Below, one piece after another: positions 1 through 10,091 of a DNA stretch of 64,000 bases; within the stretch, counting starts at the first letter, position 1; every line of letters starts with the position of its first letter. The notes under the pieces are model-generated. The model had not been told where the DNA came from, did not search any database, and saw nothing but the letters and a program-made list of their open reading frames with translations. Origin of the DNA: Gemmatales bacterium (GTDB taxonomy: Bacteria; Planctomycetota; Planctomycetia; Gemmatales; HRBIN36); the NCBI GenBank assembly GCA_041640595.1, contig JBEPZY010000004.1, forward strand, positions 258,373 to 322,372, given 5' to 3'. A program made the position numbers and the translations under genes.

Positions 1-67
1 CCTGATTGCACAAACGTTCGCCGTCGCAGGTAGATGTTTGCGACTCGAAAAAACGTGCCGCGATTAC

Positions 68-279
68 CCACGGGGGGCTTACGCCCCCCGCTCCTGTGTT
101 GGTGTGCGGACGTCTGCCGGCGTAACAGCGACTTTTGCGATGCACAAACGCACGTCAGCAAGAGCGGCGGGCGTTAGCCCGCCGTGGGTCGCAATGGATC
201 GCGCCTGCAATGCCGAACGAAGCATGTTCGGGCAATAACGGCTGGCGAAACAAGACCGGTGGGCGTCAGCCCGCCGGGG
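68..279. repeat. REP-like palindrome cluster A (3 copies; probably continues left of the window)
   Basis: CCACGGGGGGCTTACGCCCCCCGCTCCTG at 68; inverted CAAGAGCGGCGGGCGTTAGCCCGCCGTGG at 159; degenerate copy at 251. Confidence 0.85.
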
Positions 280-335
280 AACGAAAGCGGGGAGAGCAAC
301 GGCGACGGTGAATGTTTCGGGCGAAGCGACCCTGG

Positions 336-2462
336 TCAATCGCCATCGCCCTCCAGACCGAGCAGCTGGCGGAGCACTTCCGGCGGAGCAGGGGCATAGC
401 GATACGGTTCCAGCGTATAGGAAGCCCGTCCTTGCGTGAGGCTGCGGACAGTATCGGCGTAATCGAACATGCGAGCCAGCGGCACATAGGCCTCGATCAC
501 CCGCAGATTGCCGCGAACATGGATTTGCTGAATCTCGGCTCGTCGCGCATTCAAGTCCGCCGTCACCGGCCCGAGGTATTGTTCCGGCACGGTTACTTCC
601 AGCCGCATCACGGGCTCGAGCAGCACGACGTTATTTTTCAGAGCTTTGCTGACGGCATCGGCAGCGGCGACCTGAAAGGCAAGTTCGTTGGAATCGGTGG
701 GATGAGTCTGGGCGGACAGCAGGGTCACTTTCACGTCAATCACCGGATATCCGGTCTCCCCCGACTGCAAGGCGCCGCGAATCGCCTGCTCGATGGCCGA
801 CACCCATGCCGGGGGCAGGATTTCCGGTGGCACGAGGTTGACAAAAGTTACCGGCTCACGACTGTGTTCGTGCTCGAATTGCACCTCCAGGCGGGCGAAG
901 AGTGATTGCGCGGCTGTCTGGCGGATACATTCTCCCCACACCCGAACCGGTCGGGCTATGGTCTCGCGATAGCTGACCCGGGGCTTGCCGACTCGCACTT
1001 TCAACCGGAAATCTTCGCGGATCCGATGCAGCTTGATCTCCAGATGCAACACACCCATGCCATTCATCAGTGTCTGGCCCGTTTCCCGATCCACACTCCA
1101 GCGGAAGGTCGGGTCCTCACGGGCAAGTATGGTGAGCACCTGTTCCAGTCGCTCTTTATCAGCGGAAGATTCCGGCTCGATCGCCATGCTCACCACCGTC
1201 TCGGCAAACTGAATGGACTCCAGCAAAATGGGATGCTGCGGATCGCATAAGGTGTCGCCGGTGATGCTCACTTTCGGCCCGATGGCGGCCACGATGTCAC
1301 CCGCGTAGGCAATTTCGACCGGTTCTTTGTTGGATGGGTCGGCGTGGACGTGGTACAGCTTCGTCAGAAACTCCCGCGCCTCCTTGCCCGGATTGAGTAC
1401 GCGGCTGTTGGCTTTCACCGTACCGGAATAGATGCGCAGATAAAACAACTCGCCATGCGGGTCAGCCTGGATTTTGAAGACCAGAGCCGCGAACGGTTCG
1501 TCCGGGTCTGGTTTGCGGATTTCGACCTTGTCGCGCTTTTTCGGGTGTACACCTTGCACAGGCGGTCGGTCGAGCGGACTGGGCAGATACCAGCAGATAC
1601 CGTCCAGCAACGGTTGAATGCCGATGTGTTCCCGTCCGGAACCGCAAAAGACCGGCTGAATTTCGTTGGCAAGTGTCCGTCGCCGGACCAGCTTCTGCAT
1701 CGCCTCCACCGCCAGCGTCTTTCCTTCCAGATAGGCGCTGGTAATCCAGTCTTCGGTGTCGGCTTCGGTGAGCACGTCTATCAAATGTTCGCGCCAGTTC
1801 CTGGCCACCTCTTCCAGAGCCGGGGGTATGGGTTCTCGCACTACGATTTTGCCATCGGGACGGTTGGGATCACTGGAGCGGAAATAGACCGCCTCCATGG
1901 TCAACAGGTCAATGACGCCTCGAAACGGCGTGGCGCTTTCCTTCACCGAACCGCTGCCAATGGGAATCGTCAACGGAACCGGGCGTCCTTCTAAGCGCTC
2001 GCGGATTTCCCGAAGGACATTGTCGAAGTCAGCGCCGACGATGTCCATTTTGTTGACGAAAACCAAACGCGGCACCTGGTACTTATTCGCCTGCCGCCAC
2101 ACCGTTTCCGACTGGGCCTCAACTCCCTTCTGCGCATCAAAGACCACCACACATCCATCCAGCACCCGCAGCGACCGTTCCACTTCCGCTGTGAAATCCA
2201 CGTGTCCCGGCGTGTCAATGAGATTGATAATGCAATCCTGCCAGCGAAACGGCACGCAGGCACTCTGGATGGTTATACCCTTTTCCTTTTCCAGCTCCAT
2301 CCAGTCGGTGTCGGTAGTCCCTTCATCCACACTGCCCAGACGATGGATCGCCCCGGCATAGTAAAGCAGGTGTTCGGTGGTCGTCGTCTTGCCGGCGTCA
2401 ATGTGGGCGATGATACCCAGATTGCGGAATTTGCTGATATCCGGTTTACGTTCTGCTGGCAT
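336..2462 (-). CDS. fusA: Elongation factor G paralog with canonical G domain and divergent domain IV (spdEFG2/recycling-type candidate)
   Basis: RNLGIIAHIDAGKTTT, KGITI, DTPGHVDF and NKMD motifs; C-terminal LLEPVM...RSLTQGRASY; start trimmed to MPAERK (ATG at 2462), about 708 aa. Confidence 0.92.
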   Translation of the reverse strand: MPAERKPDISKFRNLGIIAHIDAGKTTTTEHLLYYAGAIHRLGSVDEGTTDTDWMELEKEKGITIQSACVPFRWQDCIINLIDTPGHVDFTAEVERSLRVLDGCVVVFDAQKGVEAQSETVWRQANKYQVPRLVFVNKMDIVGADFDNVLREIRERLEGRPVPLTIPIGSGSVKESATPFRGVIDLLTMEAVYFRSSDPNRPDGKIVVREPIPPALEEVARNWREHLIDVLTEADTEDWITSAYLEGKTLAVEAMQKLVRRRTLANEIQPVFCGSGREHIGIQPLLDGICWYLPSPLDRPPVQGVHPKKRDKVEIRKPDPDEPFAALVFKIQADPHGELFYLRIYSGTVKANSRVLNPGKEAREFLTKLYHVHADPSNKEPVEIAYAGDIVAAIGPKVSITGDTLCDPQHPILLESIQFAETVVSMAIEPESSADKERLEQVLTILAREDPTFRWSVDRETGQTLMNGMGVLHLEIKLHRIREDFRLKVRVGKPRVSYRETIARPVRVWGECIRQTAAQSLFARLEVQFEHEHSREPVTFVNLVPPEILPPAWVSAIEQAIRGALQSGETGYPVIDVKVTLLSAQTHPTDSNELAFQVAAADAVSKALKNNVVLLEPVMRLEVTVPEQYLGPVTADLNARRAEIQQIHVRGNLRVIEAYVPLARMFDYADTVRSLTQGRASYTLEPYRYAPAPPEVLRQLLGLEGDGD

Positions 2463-2557
2463 ACTGGTATTCCCGTGGCTACGAAGGTGTTGCAAACAAT
2501 CGTATGGGAAAATCGCCCGGTCGGCGCTCTCCGTGACGGCTTCGCCGACGGCACGAC

Positions 2558-3832
2558 TCAGGGCGAACCCGCCGGCTGGCCGACCAGAAGCGGGCCCGCC
2601 TCCAGTACCACGAACGGTAACGCCGAAGACGGGCATTGCCCCATCGCCAGGTACAACCGCAACACCGACGGTTCGAACACCATGGTTTGCATGGTAAACT
2701 TTCCCTGATTGGCTCGATGCAGGGCTTGCTGAACCGCCTCTAGACTCACTTTCGGCGTATTGCCCAGCTCCAGCAACGCCGCCAAACGCGGCTCCGTTTG
2801 GTTGAAATTACCGTTAGTCCGCACCGCCAGACCCTCGGACAGGAAATGATTGGTGCAGGCGCATAGACCGTTTTCTAGTGTACGCATGACCACTTTCTTC
2901 GGGGTCACCTCCAGAACTCCACCGGTTTCTCGATCACACACGGCCAGGTTATAGTAACAGGTGCGCGGCAGGGAACTAATGAGCCTTTTTGCCTCGGCCA
3001 CAGTCCGGCATTCTTCCAGGATATGTCGCAGACATATAGCATACGGAATCCCTCGCGGATTAAAGGAAGGAGAGTCGTCGCCTGACTCATAAACCTCCAG
3101 CATGGCCACGCACAAACCGTGCTCGTTCATTCCCGACAACACCCCTACTAAACCCGGGAAACCAACCGCTACAAAGGCAAACTTTCCTTGGGGCTTATAG
3201 ACCATTATCAGGCTGTAATGATGCAGGTAGCCGAGAGTGGGAAAATCAAGGTTACGTCCCAGTATAGGCCCGCGAAGGTTCTTTTGAGGATCCTGCACCC
3301 GTTCGTGGCTTAGCACCACCGCCGAACAATGGACAACGCGCTTGATGTCAAATAAAGTGTTCCCGGCCAGCAGGCTATCGTGCCATTTTTCTGGCAAGGC
3401 CTGCCGCAGAGCTTGATATTCCCGCTTATAGCGTTCCGGAAGGTTGTTGATAAGCCTTTCCCCGGCCGCGAGTGTGTTGCGCCACAAGCGTTCTTTCACA
3501 GAATCGCCAAACCAGTCGGGCGTGACTGCGAAGAACAGTTCGCGCGGATAACGAGCTAATGCCTCGGCATGCTGCACGGCCAAACGGGCTACCGTAGTAC
3601 CTATCTGCTCCGGTGTACCTTCCACTTGCAGTACGGGCAGGTTATTTATATAGCGTAGCCGGCCGTGAGGTGCTTCCCCCGCGGGGTACCGGAAACCATT
3701 ATTCCCTATCCCCGCCACAAGCCATAAGCCAACCGCTGGGGAAATGATGAGCATTGCACCCAGCAGCCATTTTATGCATCTGGACCACGTTGCGGAAGGG
3801 TTCATTCTTACGAGCCAGTTGGCGATCTTCAT
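2558..3832 (-). CDS. C45-family autoproteolytic Ntn-hydrolase/acyltransferase (acid ceramidase-like), N-terminal membrane anchor
   Basis: H-CSAVV nucleophile context, GRNLDF, SGMNEHGL, CTNHF; hydrophobic N-terminal segment; start uncertain (3832 or 3805). Confidence 0.8.
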   Translation of the reverse strand: MKIANWLVRMNPSATWSRCIKWLLGAMLIISPAVGLWLVAGIGNNGFRYPAGEAPHGRLRYINNLPVLQVEGTPEQIGTTVARLAVQHAEALARYPRELFFAVTPDWFGDSVKERLWRNTLAAGERLINNLPERYKREYQALRQALPEKWHDSLLAGNTLFDIKRVVHCSAVVLSHERVQDPQKNLRGPILGRNLDFPTLGYLHHYSLIMVYKPQGKFAFVAVGFPGLVGVLSGMNEHGLCVAMLEVYESGDDSPSFNPRGIPYAICLRHILEECRTVAEAKRLISSLPRTCYYNLAVCDRETGGVLEVTPKKVVMRTLENGLCACTNHFLSEGLAVRTNGNFNQTEPRLAALLELGNTPKVSLEAVQQALHRANQGKFTMQTMVFEPSVLRLYLAMGQCPSSALPFVVLEAGPLLVGQPAGSP

Positions 3833-3834
3833 AG

Positions 3835-5502
3835 CTATATCCCAGTCGGTTTCCGCATACGAGACACGAAACGCCACAGATAATATACGGGGACGCCGGT
3901 CAGGACAATAAAAAGTCCCGGCCAGGTATAGTTCGGTCGAACTATAAGCAGGTCCAGCATAATCAAGGTGCAACAGCTAATATAGAATAGCGGCAGAAGA
4001 GGATAGCCAGGCACCTGAAAAACAGGCGGATCGGGATGCTTGCGGCGAATCACGAATAAACCTGCTACAGTCAGGGCATAAAAGAACAAGACCGCGAAAA
4101 TTACGAAGTCCAGCAACTCACTATAGGTGCCAGAGAATACTAATAACGCCGACCAGATTCCCTGCAAAATCAAACCAGCGGCTGGTACGCCGCGACGGTT
4201 GAGTTGACCGGCCACCGAGAAAAACAGGCCGTCTCTTGCCATGGCATAATACAGTCGGGCGCCCATCAAGGTCATGCCATTCACGCAACCGAACGTGGAA
4301 ATCATAATGGCGATGGCCATAAACGCAACACCAAAGCGTGGGGCGACCCGCTCCAGTACGGCTGTGCCCACGCGATCATCGAGGACACGGGCCAGCCCAC
4401 GCTGATACGGCGTGGCTTCTTTCCAGCGCTGTTCTAACTGGCGTTGCAAAGCGTGAGCTTCGTGGGACTGGCCTGCCGCGGTCAATTCAGCGATTTTTTG
4501 CTGGGTGGTGCGAATATAGTTTTCCAATTCGGCATCTGCCTGCACCGGCAAGGCCAGCAGATAGACGATGTTAGTCAAAATATAGATCACCATGACGAAA
4601 CCCACGCCGCTTAGCAAACTCCGCGGTAAGGTGCGCTGCGGTTCCTGTACTTCCAGGGCAGTAAAGGTGATGTTATTCCAGGCATCCGCGGCAAAAAGAG
4701 CTCCTACCATCGCACCGAGCACGACCATAAGGGCTGCCAAACTCTGCCACGGAATCAAGCCCGCCAGTTCCTGAAAACGGGGTGTCTGATAAATGCCAGA
4801 CCACAAATCACCGAAATTGGCCTGGATAGCCCGCAGATCGGGAGCGAGGGTCAGGCCAATTGCGATCAGCAGGATCAGCGCTGCCACCTTGGAGACGGTG
4901 AAAATATTTTGCACCCATTTTCCTTCGCGTACCCCTAAACAATTGATAGCCGTCAACACAGCAATTACCGCTACCGCGACGGCGTGTCCGGCGGTGATGG
5001 AATAGCGTTGTTTTTGCCAGATTACCCAGGGGGTTTCGCGCCAGGGTAAGGGGATTGCCAGAGAACGGTTAAAGTCCGGCCAATCGTAGAAAGTATAGGC
5101 TCCGGCGTCGGGATCCATTCCCAGTGCAGGGACTAATACGCCCAGGAATTTCGCAAAGGCGACCGCAACCGCTGCTATCGAGCCGGTCTGGATCACTAAA
5201 AAGCAAGTCCATCCATATAGAAAGCCGCACAAAGGATTCCACGCTTCGCGTAAATAGACATACTGACCGCCTGCCCAGGGAAGGCGAGCGGACAACTCGG
5301 CATAACAGGTGGCCCCTAACAGGGTCATCATGGCCGTGAGCAACCAGACCACTAATAGCCACCCGGCCGAACCGACATCGCGGGCTATGTCTGCCGAGAC
5401 AATGAATATCCCCGAGCCGATCATCGTACCGATGACCAGCAAGGTGGCATCCAACCAGTTGAGCTGGCGACGGAATCCGGTCTCCTGAACGACCGTGCTC
5501 AT
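3835..5502 (-). CDS. APC-family amino acid permease
   Basis: GTMIGSGIF, YAELSARLPWAGGQYVYL, AWNNITFTALEVQEPQRTLP; about 12 hydrophobic segments. Confidence 0.92.
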   Translation of the reverse strand: MSTVVQETGFRRQLNWLDATLLVIGTMIGSGIFIVSADIARDVGSAGWLLVVWLLTAMMTLLGATCYAELSARLPWAGGQYVYLREAWNPLCGFLYGWTCFLVIQTGSIAAVAVAFAKFLGVLVPALGMDPDAGAYTFYDWPDFNRSLAIPLPWRETPWVIWQKQRYSITAGHAVAVAVIAVLTAINCLGVREGKWVQNIFTVSKVAALILLIAIGLTLAPDLRAIQANFGDLWSGIYQTPRFQELAGLIPWQSLAALMVVLGAMVGALFAADAWNNITFTALEVQEPQRTLPRSLLSGVGFVMVIYILTNIVYLLALPVQADAELENYIRTTQQKIAELTAAGQSHEAHALQRQLEQRWKEATPYQRGLARVLDDRVGTAVLERVAPRFGVAFMAIAIMISTFGCVNGMTLMGARLYYAMARDGLFFSVAGQLNRRGVPAAGLILQGIWSALLVFSGTYSELLDFVIFAVLFFYALTVAGLFVIRRKHPDPPVFQVPGYPLLPLFYISCCTLIMLDLLIVRPNYTWPGLFIVLTGVPVYYLWRFVSRMRKPTGI

Positions 5503-5619
5503 ATCAAGGTCGTAGCCCGAATATAGGTCTATACCTGATCGCAGAAGACTTAGAGCTAAGCAGCAAGAGTCAACTCTAAGCGCCAGGCCGAGAATAGCGG
5601 TCGTGGCAGGCCTGTTCGA

Positions 5620-6723
5620 TTATGGTTTGGCCTTCGGCAATTCGGCCAGGCGAATGTTGCGAAAGCTCAGGTTTGTCGTGGGATCATGCCCTTGTAAGCT
5701 GATTGGTCCCGGGGTGAGTTTGGCTCCCTTGCGCGCGTTATCACTGGGCGGTCGGGCATCGGTGAAATCCACGGTCTGGTAGCCGTTCACCCAGATAGCA
5801 ATATGCCGGCCGCGGGCGACGACGGTCACGGTGAACCATTCGTTATCATCCGAGACGACGCGACGGGCCGCCTGCAGGTTATATAGTCCGCCCGTGCCGA
5901 AATCCACGGGCTGGCTGCGATCCTCGCCCTTCCACTGGTTGCGCACCTGAGCCTCGTATCCGCTCCAGAACTCACCGGGAACACACCGGAAGAAGACGCC
6001 GCTATTGAGATGCTTTCCGTGCGAAAAAATCTCCAGTTGCAGGACGAAATCGTCCCACTGGCCGACCGTCTGGATGTCGCCGGGCCCATTCTGGATATTG
6101 AGTTCTCCCTTGTCGGTCACGGTGAATTTGGACTTTTTGCCTGGGATTTCTTTCCAGCCATCGAGATTTTTGCCGTTGAAGATAGGTTTGAGACCGGTGG
6201 GCCGAAATTTGACCGAGTGTAACACAAGCTGGTGGTTGTCAGCAACGGAGAAAATGACACGAACGGCAGTGGCCTGCTCGGGAGGAGCAAGCGAACCGGT
6301 ACGCTGTTGCATTTTCGGGTCGGTAATACGCCAGGCGGTGGGTTTGCCGCCGGTCAGGGTGACCTGCAAGCTGTAAACGCCGTCGAGAGCAGCGTCGCCG
6401 GCCAGCGGAATGCCGACGTTGCCGAGCTGCAGTTGCGGACTGGTACCGATGAGTTGATATTGAGCATGCAATTCGCCGTCAGCCCAATCGGTAGTGGAAG
6501 TGATCCGCGAAGCTTTATTGCCGCCGACGATAAGCCGACCGCCGTTGACCACCACATCGCCTTCGCTTTGCCAGCCAAAAGTGGTTTCGCCATCGAAAAG
6601 CAACAACCAGCCGGCTTGGATCTCCTGGGGACTGAGTCGTTTGGCCAGGCTGGGATCGATCGCCCACAGGCTGGCTGCTGTTACACCCATAAGACCGGCC
6701 AAGATCAAAATGCTGCGTCGCAT
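5620..6723 (-). CDS. Secreted DUF1080 (3-keto-disaccharide hydrolase-like) protein with two domains
   Basis: Signal peptide; GWLLLFDGETTFGW and PIFNGKNLDGW; NSGVFFR, GYEAQ, GPISLQGHD...FRNIR. Confidence 0.88.
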   Translation of the reverse strand: MRRSILILAGLMGVTAASLWAIDPSLAKRLSPQEIQAGWLLLFDGETTFGWQSEGDVVVNGGRLIVGGNKASRITSTTDWADGELHAQYQLIGTSPQLQLGNVGIPLAGDAALDGVYSLQVTLTGGKPTAWRITDPKMQQRTGSLAPPEQATAVRVIFSVADNHQLVLHSVKFRPTGLKPIFNGKNLDGWKEIPGKKSKFTVTDKGELNIQNGPGDIQTVGQWDDFVLQLEIFSHGKHLNSGVFFRCVPGEFWSGYEAQVRNQWKGEDRSQPVDFGTGGLYNLQAARRVVSDDNEWFTVTVVARGRHIAIWVNGYQTVDFTDARPPSDNARKGAKLTPGPISLQGHDPTTNLSFRNIRLAELPKAKP

Positions 6724-6970
6724 GGGAGTCCTCCGCGAGAAGGTATCTGATGCTGTCGGCGATAGTTACGCAGGCAGTTTACACCAAGCACCGCCGCTTG
6801 CCAACGGGGCTTCCCAGAAATCTCCACCAACGGCAGAGCGGGATTGGGTTCGGCCAGGACAACGCATCGGAGCCGTCAGGACGGTAACGGCGACTTACTG
6901 CCGGGCGCGATTGCTTGTCGCCGGGATACAATTTGGCGATGATTTCCAGACGATCAGGCTGGAGCAAGCC

Positions 6971-7921
6971 ATGTCGCTGAGCGAATCGGCTGCTGTCGTG
7001 TGCGGAGCATTTGGTCGCGGTCGGGCTATCCTGGCCATTGCGGAAGTGGCGTTGCGACTGGTGTTCCGGCGAAAGGTGTTCTGGGTGTTTTACGCATTAG
7101 CAGCCTGCCATTTCCTGTCCTATTTTTTCGGCGTGTACCTGACCACGCAGCTGCGGGAAGCGGTAAGGCAACAGCAGGCCCAGATTCGTGTTCTTCCGTT
7201 CATGCGTGCAGCGAATCCGGGGCAGATGTTGCAGGTTTTCATCGGTCGGCTGGGGTTTGACGGTCGGCCGGCAATGTACCGCAACTTCGTCTGGTTACAG
7301 GGCTGGATCGTGGTCGTTGTGCTGGCACTGGCCGGGGCACTGCTGATCGGCCAGGATTACCAGAGCGGCGCGGTAACGTTTTACCTGGCCAAAGCCATTA
7401 CTCCGACCGATTATGTTCTGGGCAAACTGTCGGCCATAGCGGCGGTTTTGCTGGCGACGACGGTGATTCCTGCTCTGGGCGTGTATGTGCAATACGGCAT
7501 GTTCGAGGGCCCGGAGTATTTTGTCGAGCAATGGCGGGTGCCGATCGGTGTTCTTGGTTACGGACTGGTGCTGACAGCGGTGCTGGGTTTGCTAGTGCTG
7601 GCGACCGCCGCTTGGCTACGAAAAACGGTGCCGATGGTCATGGTCTGGCTGGGCATGCTGGTTTTCACCCGCACCTGGAGTCGAGTCCTCGTGGACGTTA
7701 TGGACCTTTCGCCGCGCTGGCGGTTGCTGGATCTGTGGAATGACCTGTACGTGGTGGGCTCGCGGTGTCTCGGAGTGGCAGCGACGTTGCCGGGCCGCAG
7801 ACCTAATCGCTCCGCATTGCAGCCGGACTGGGCAGAGGCGTTCCTGGTGCTGGTAAGCGTGTGCGTGTTTTCCTGGTGGTACGTGCAGCGAAAATTGCGG
7901 GCGGTGGATATCGTCGCGTGA
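6971..7921 (+). CDS. ABC-2 type transporter permease
   Basis: Multiple TM segments, G..TFYLAKAITPTDYVLGK motif; directly upstream of an ABC ATPase; start set at MSLSES. Confidence 0.8.
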   Translation: MSLSESAAVVCGAFGRGRAILAIAEVALRLVFRRKVFWVFYALAACHFLSYFFGVYLTTQLREAVRQQQAQIRVLPFMRAANPGQMLQVFIGRLGFDGRPAMYRNFVWLQGWIVVVVLALAGALLIGQDYQSGAVTFYLAKAITPTDYVLGKLSAIAAVLLATTVIPALGVYVQYGMFEGPEYFVEQWRVPIGVLGYGLVLTAVLGLLVLATAAWLRKTVPMVMVWLGMLVFTRTWSRVLVDVMDLSPRWRLLDLWNDLYVVGSRCLGVAATLPGRRPNRSALQPDWAEAFLVLVSVCVFSWWYVQRKLRAVDIVA

Positions 7922-7934
7922 TAGCGGGTGGCTC

Positions 7935-8876
7935 ATGGCACTCGTGGAATGGCGGGCGGTCACGAAGTGGTACGGACCGGTGCTGGCTCTGGATCAAGTC
8001 AGCCTTCGGCTGGGGCCAGGAATTACCGGACTGGTGGGGCCGAACGGCTCGGGCAAAACGACGTTGCTGCGTCTGGCCACCGGCCTGGCTCGACCAGATA
8101 GCGGCTCGGTCTGGGTAGCCGGTCTGCCGGCTGCGACTGCTCAGGCTCGGCGATATGTCGGTTATGTGCCCGAGATGGATGCTCTACCTCAGGATTGCAC
8201 GGGCCGGGAATTTTTGCGTATCCTGGCCGGTCTGAGCAGCAGAACTGCAGCAAGTCAGGTGGAAAAATGGTTGACCACGCTGGACCTGACTGCGGTAGCT
8301 GACCGGCGCATTGGCAGTTACTCGAAAGGGATGCGGCAACGGTTGAAACTCGCCCAGGCACTGCTGCACGAACCCCGTGTGCTGTTATGCGATGAACCGT
8401 TCAACGGCGTGGATGCTTCCGCTCGTCAGCAATTGCAGGCGTTATTTCGCCAGCTTGCCGGCCAGGGTCGAGCGGTGGTGCTTTCCAGCCACCAGCTGGA
8501 CGAACTGGAACGGTTGGCGGATCAACTGGTCATTCTGGGGCATGGCCGAGTTCTGGCGCAGGGAAGCTTGGCGGAGACACGGGCTTGCCTGGAAGCGTAT
8601 CCGTTGCGGGTGCAAATTGACACGCCCCAACCGCGGCAACTGGCGGGCTGGCTCTTGCAGTTACCCATGGTGCAAAGCGTCGAGCTAGCTGGAACCGCCA
8701 CTTTGCAAGTGCGGATTCGCCAACCGCAACAGTTTTTCCGCGACCTGCAACATCTCGTCCTGGCAAAATCGTGCGAGGTGAACGGACTGCAAATTCTCGA
8801 CGCTTCCGCCGAAGCCGTGCTCCAGTACCTCCTGGCTGATCGAATCGGCAAGACAGGCAACTGGCAGAAACAGTAA
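7935..8876 (+). CDS. ABC transporter ATP-binding protein
   Basis: Walker A GPNGSGKTT, signature YSKGMRQR, Walker B LLCDEP, H-loop SSH. Confidence 0.95.
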   Translation: MALVEWRAVTKWYGPVLALDQVSLRLGPGITGLVGPNGSGKTTLLRLATGLARPDSGSVWVAGLPAATAQARRYVGYVPEMDALPQDCTGREFLRILAGLSSRTAASQVEKWLTTLDLTAVADRRIGSYSKGMRQRLKLAQALLHEPRVLLCDEPFNGVDASARQQLQALFRQLAGQGRAVVLSSHQLDELERLADQLVILGHGRVLAQGSLAETRACLEAYPLRVQIDTPQPRQLAGWLLQLPMVQSVELAGTATLQVRIRQPQQFFRDLQHLVLAKSCEVNGLQILDASAEAVLQYLLADRIGKTGNWQKQ

Positions 8877-9166
8877 CGAAGGTAACGAAAACACGGCCAG
8901 GACACGGCCGTTCGCTGGTCGCGCTTGGCCGGTTCGCAGTTTCCTACCGCGATTCGCAGCCGATAGGCGGATAAAGGCGGCAGTAATGTCGCTTTCTGAG
9001 CGTGGTCAACGCAACCCGACCGGACGTTGGTGGCCGCAATATGCCCTTGACCTGATGAAACGCGGGACAGCTAACGATGCGGGGCAACTCAATAGCCGGA
9101 GCGCGATGGACTCGGTTTGGCCCAATACCGATACCGGAAACAAAACGTGTAGATTCCGCGACAGCG

Positions 9167-10084
9167 ATGGAGCAAATCAATCAGCGTCTGGGCCTGGCGA
9201 CATGGTCTAGCGTTTGGCAGGGAAGAAATCGTGCCCTGGCTAAGAATGGGGCTATCACGGTAGCGTTGTGCTGGCTGGTGGCGGTTGCCCTTACTTTGAC
9301 GCAACCCAGCGTTGGTTACGCCGATTGGCCTTATCGTGCACAGGCCGGGCCTTTCCTCGTTGCAGCCGATGCGCCGGTGGAAGGACTCGACAGCCTCGCG
9401 GAGGAGTTGCTGCAGCTGAGCGAACGGATGCAGAATGACCTGGCGATTCCGCTGCGGATCGAGCGAATCCGGTTATATCTGTTTCACGACCGCGAATTGT
9501 TCGAAGCGTTTTTGCTGCAAAACATGCCGCAACTGACGCCGCGGGACATTAATCGCCAGGGTTTGTTCGTGCTGCGTGGCAATACGCCGGTGATCGTGGC
9601 CATGACCGGGCCGGAATTGCGTCGCACGCTGCGTCATGAGTTTGTTCACGCTGTGCTCAACCCATCCCTGCCACAATTGCCGTTGTGGCTGGATGAAGGT
9701 TTGGCCATGTATTACGAAGTTCCCGATGGAAGTGGCTGGCAGGAACGGCTCGCCGATTACCTGGCGCAGGCGGCGCGAACGGGCTGGCAACCGGACCTGG
9801 CACGGCTGGAATCGCTTACACGGATGCAGCAGATGGGCCTGGCGGAATATGCCGAAGCCTGGTCGTGGACCTTCCTGTTGATGCGGGGCGGGCCGGAATA
9901 CCGTGAACGCCTGCGCAGCTACCTGGTAGAATTGCGTCGTGGGAGTAAACCGCGACCGTTGTCAGAACGCTGGACAGGTTCGGCCACATCCCCGGAAAAG
10001 TCCTGGCTGGTTTTTTACGGCTGGTCAACAGCACCCACGCGGCCACGGTTCTGGTCAGCCTTACGCCAGTGGTGGAATCGCTAA
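9167..10084 (+). CDS. DUF1570 / peptidase MA-like zinc metalloprotein, probably exported
   Basis: LRHEFVHAVL (HEXXH) followed by WLDEGLAMYYE and YAEAWSW; signal-like segment; start uncertain. Confidence 0.75.
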   Translation: MEQINQRLGLATWSSVWQGRNRALAKNGAITVALCWLVAVALTLTQPSVGYADWPYRAQAGPFLVAADAPVEGLDSLAEELLQLSERMQNDLAIPLRIERIRLYLFHDRELFEAFLLQNMPQLTPRDINRQGLFVLRGNTPVIVAMTGPELRRTLRHEFVHAVLNPSLPQLPLWLDEGLAMYYEVPDGSGWQERLADYLAQAARTGWQPDLARLESLTRMQQMGLAEYAEAWSWTFLLMRGGPEYRERLRSYLVELRRGSKPRPLSERWTGSATSPEKSWLVFYGWSTAPTRPRFWSALRQWWNR

Positions 10085-10091
10085 CCGGCCC

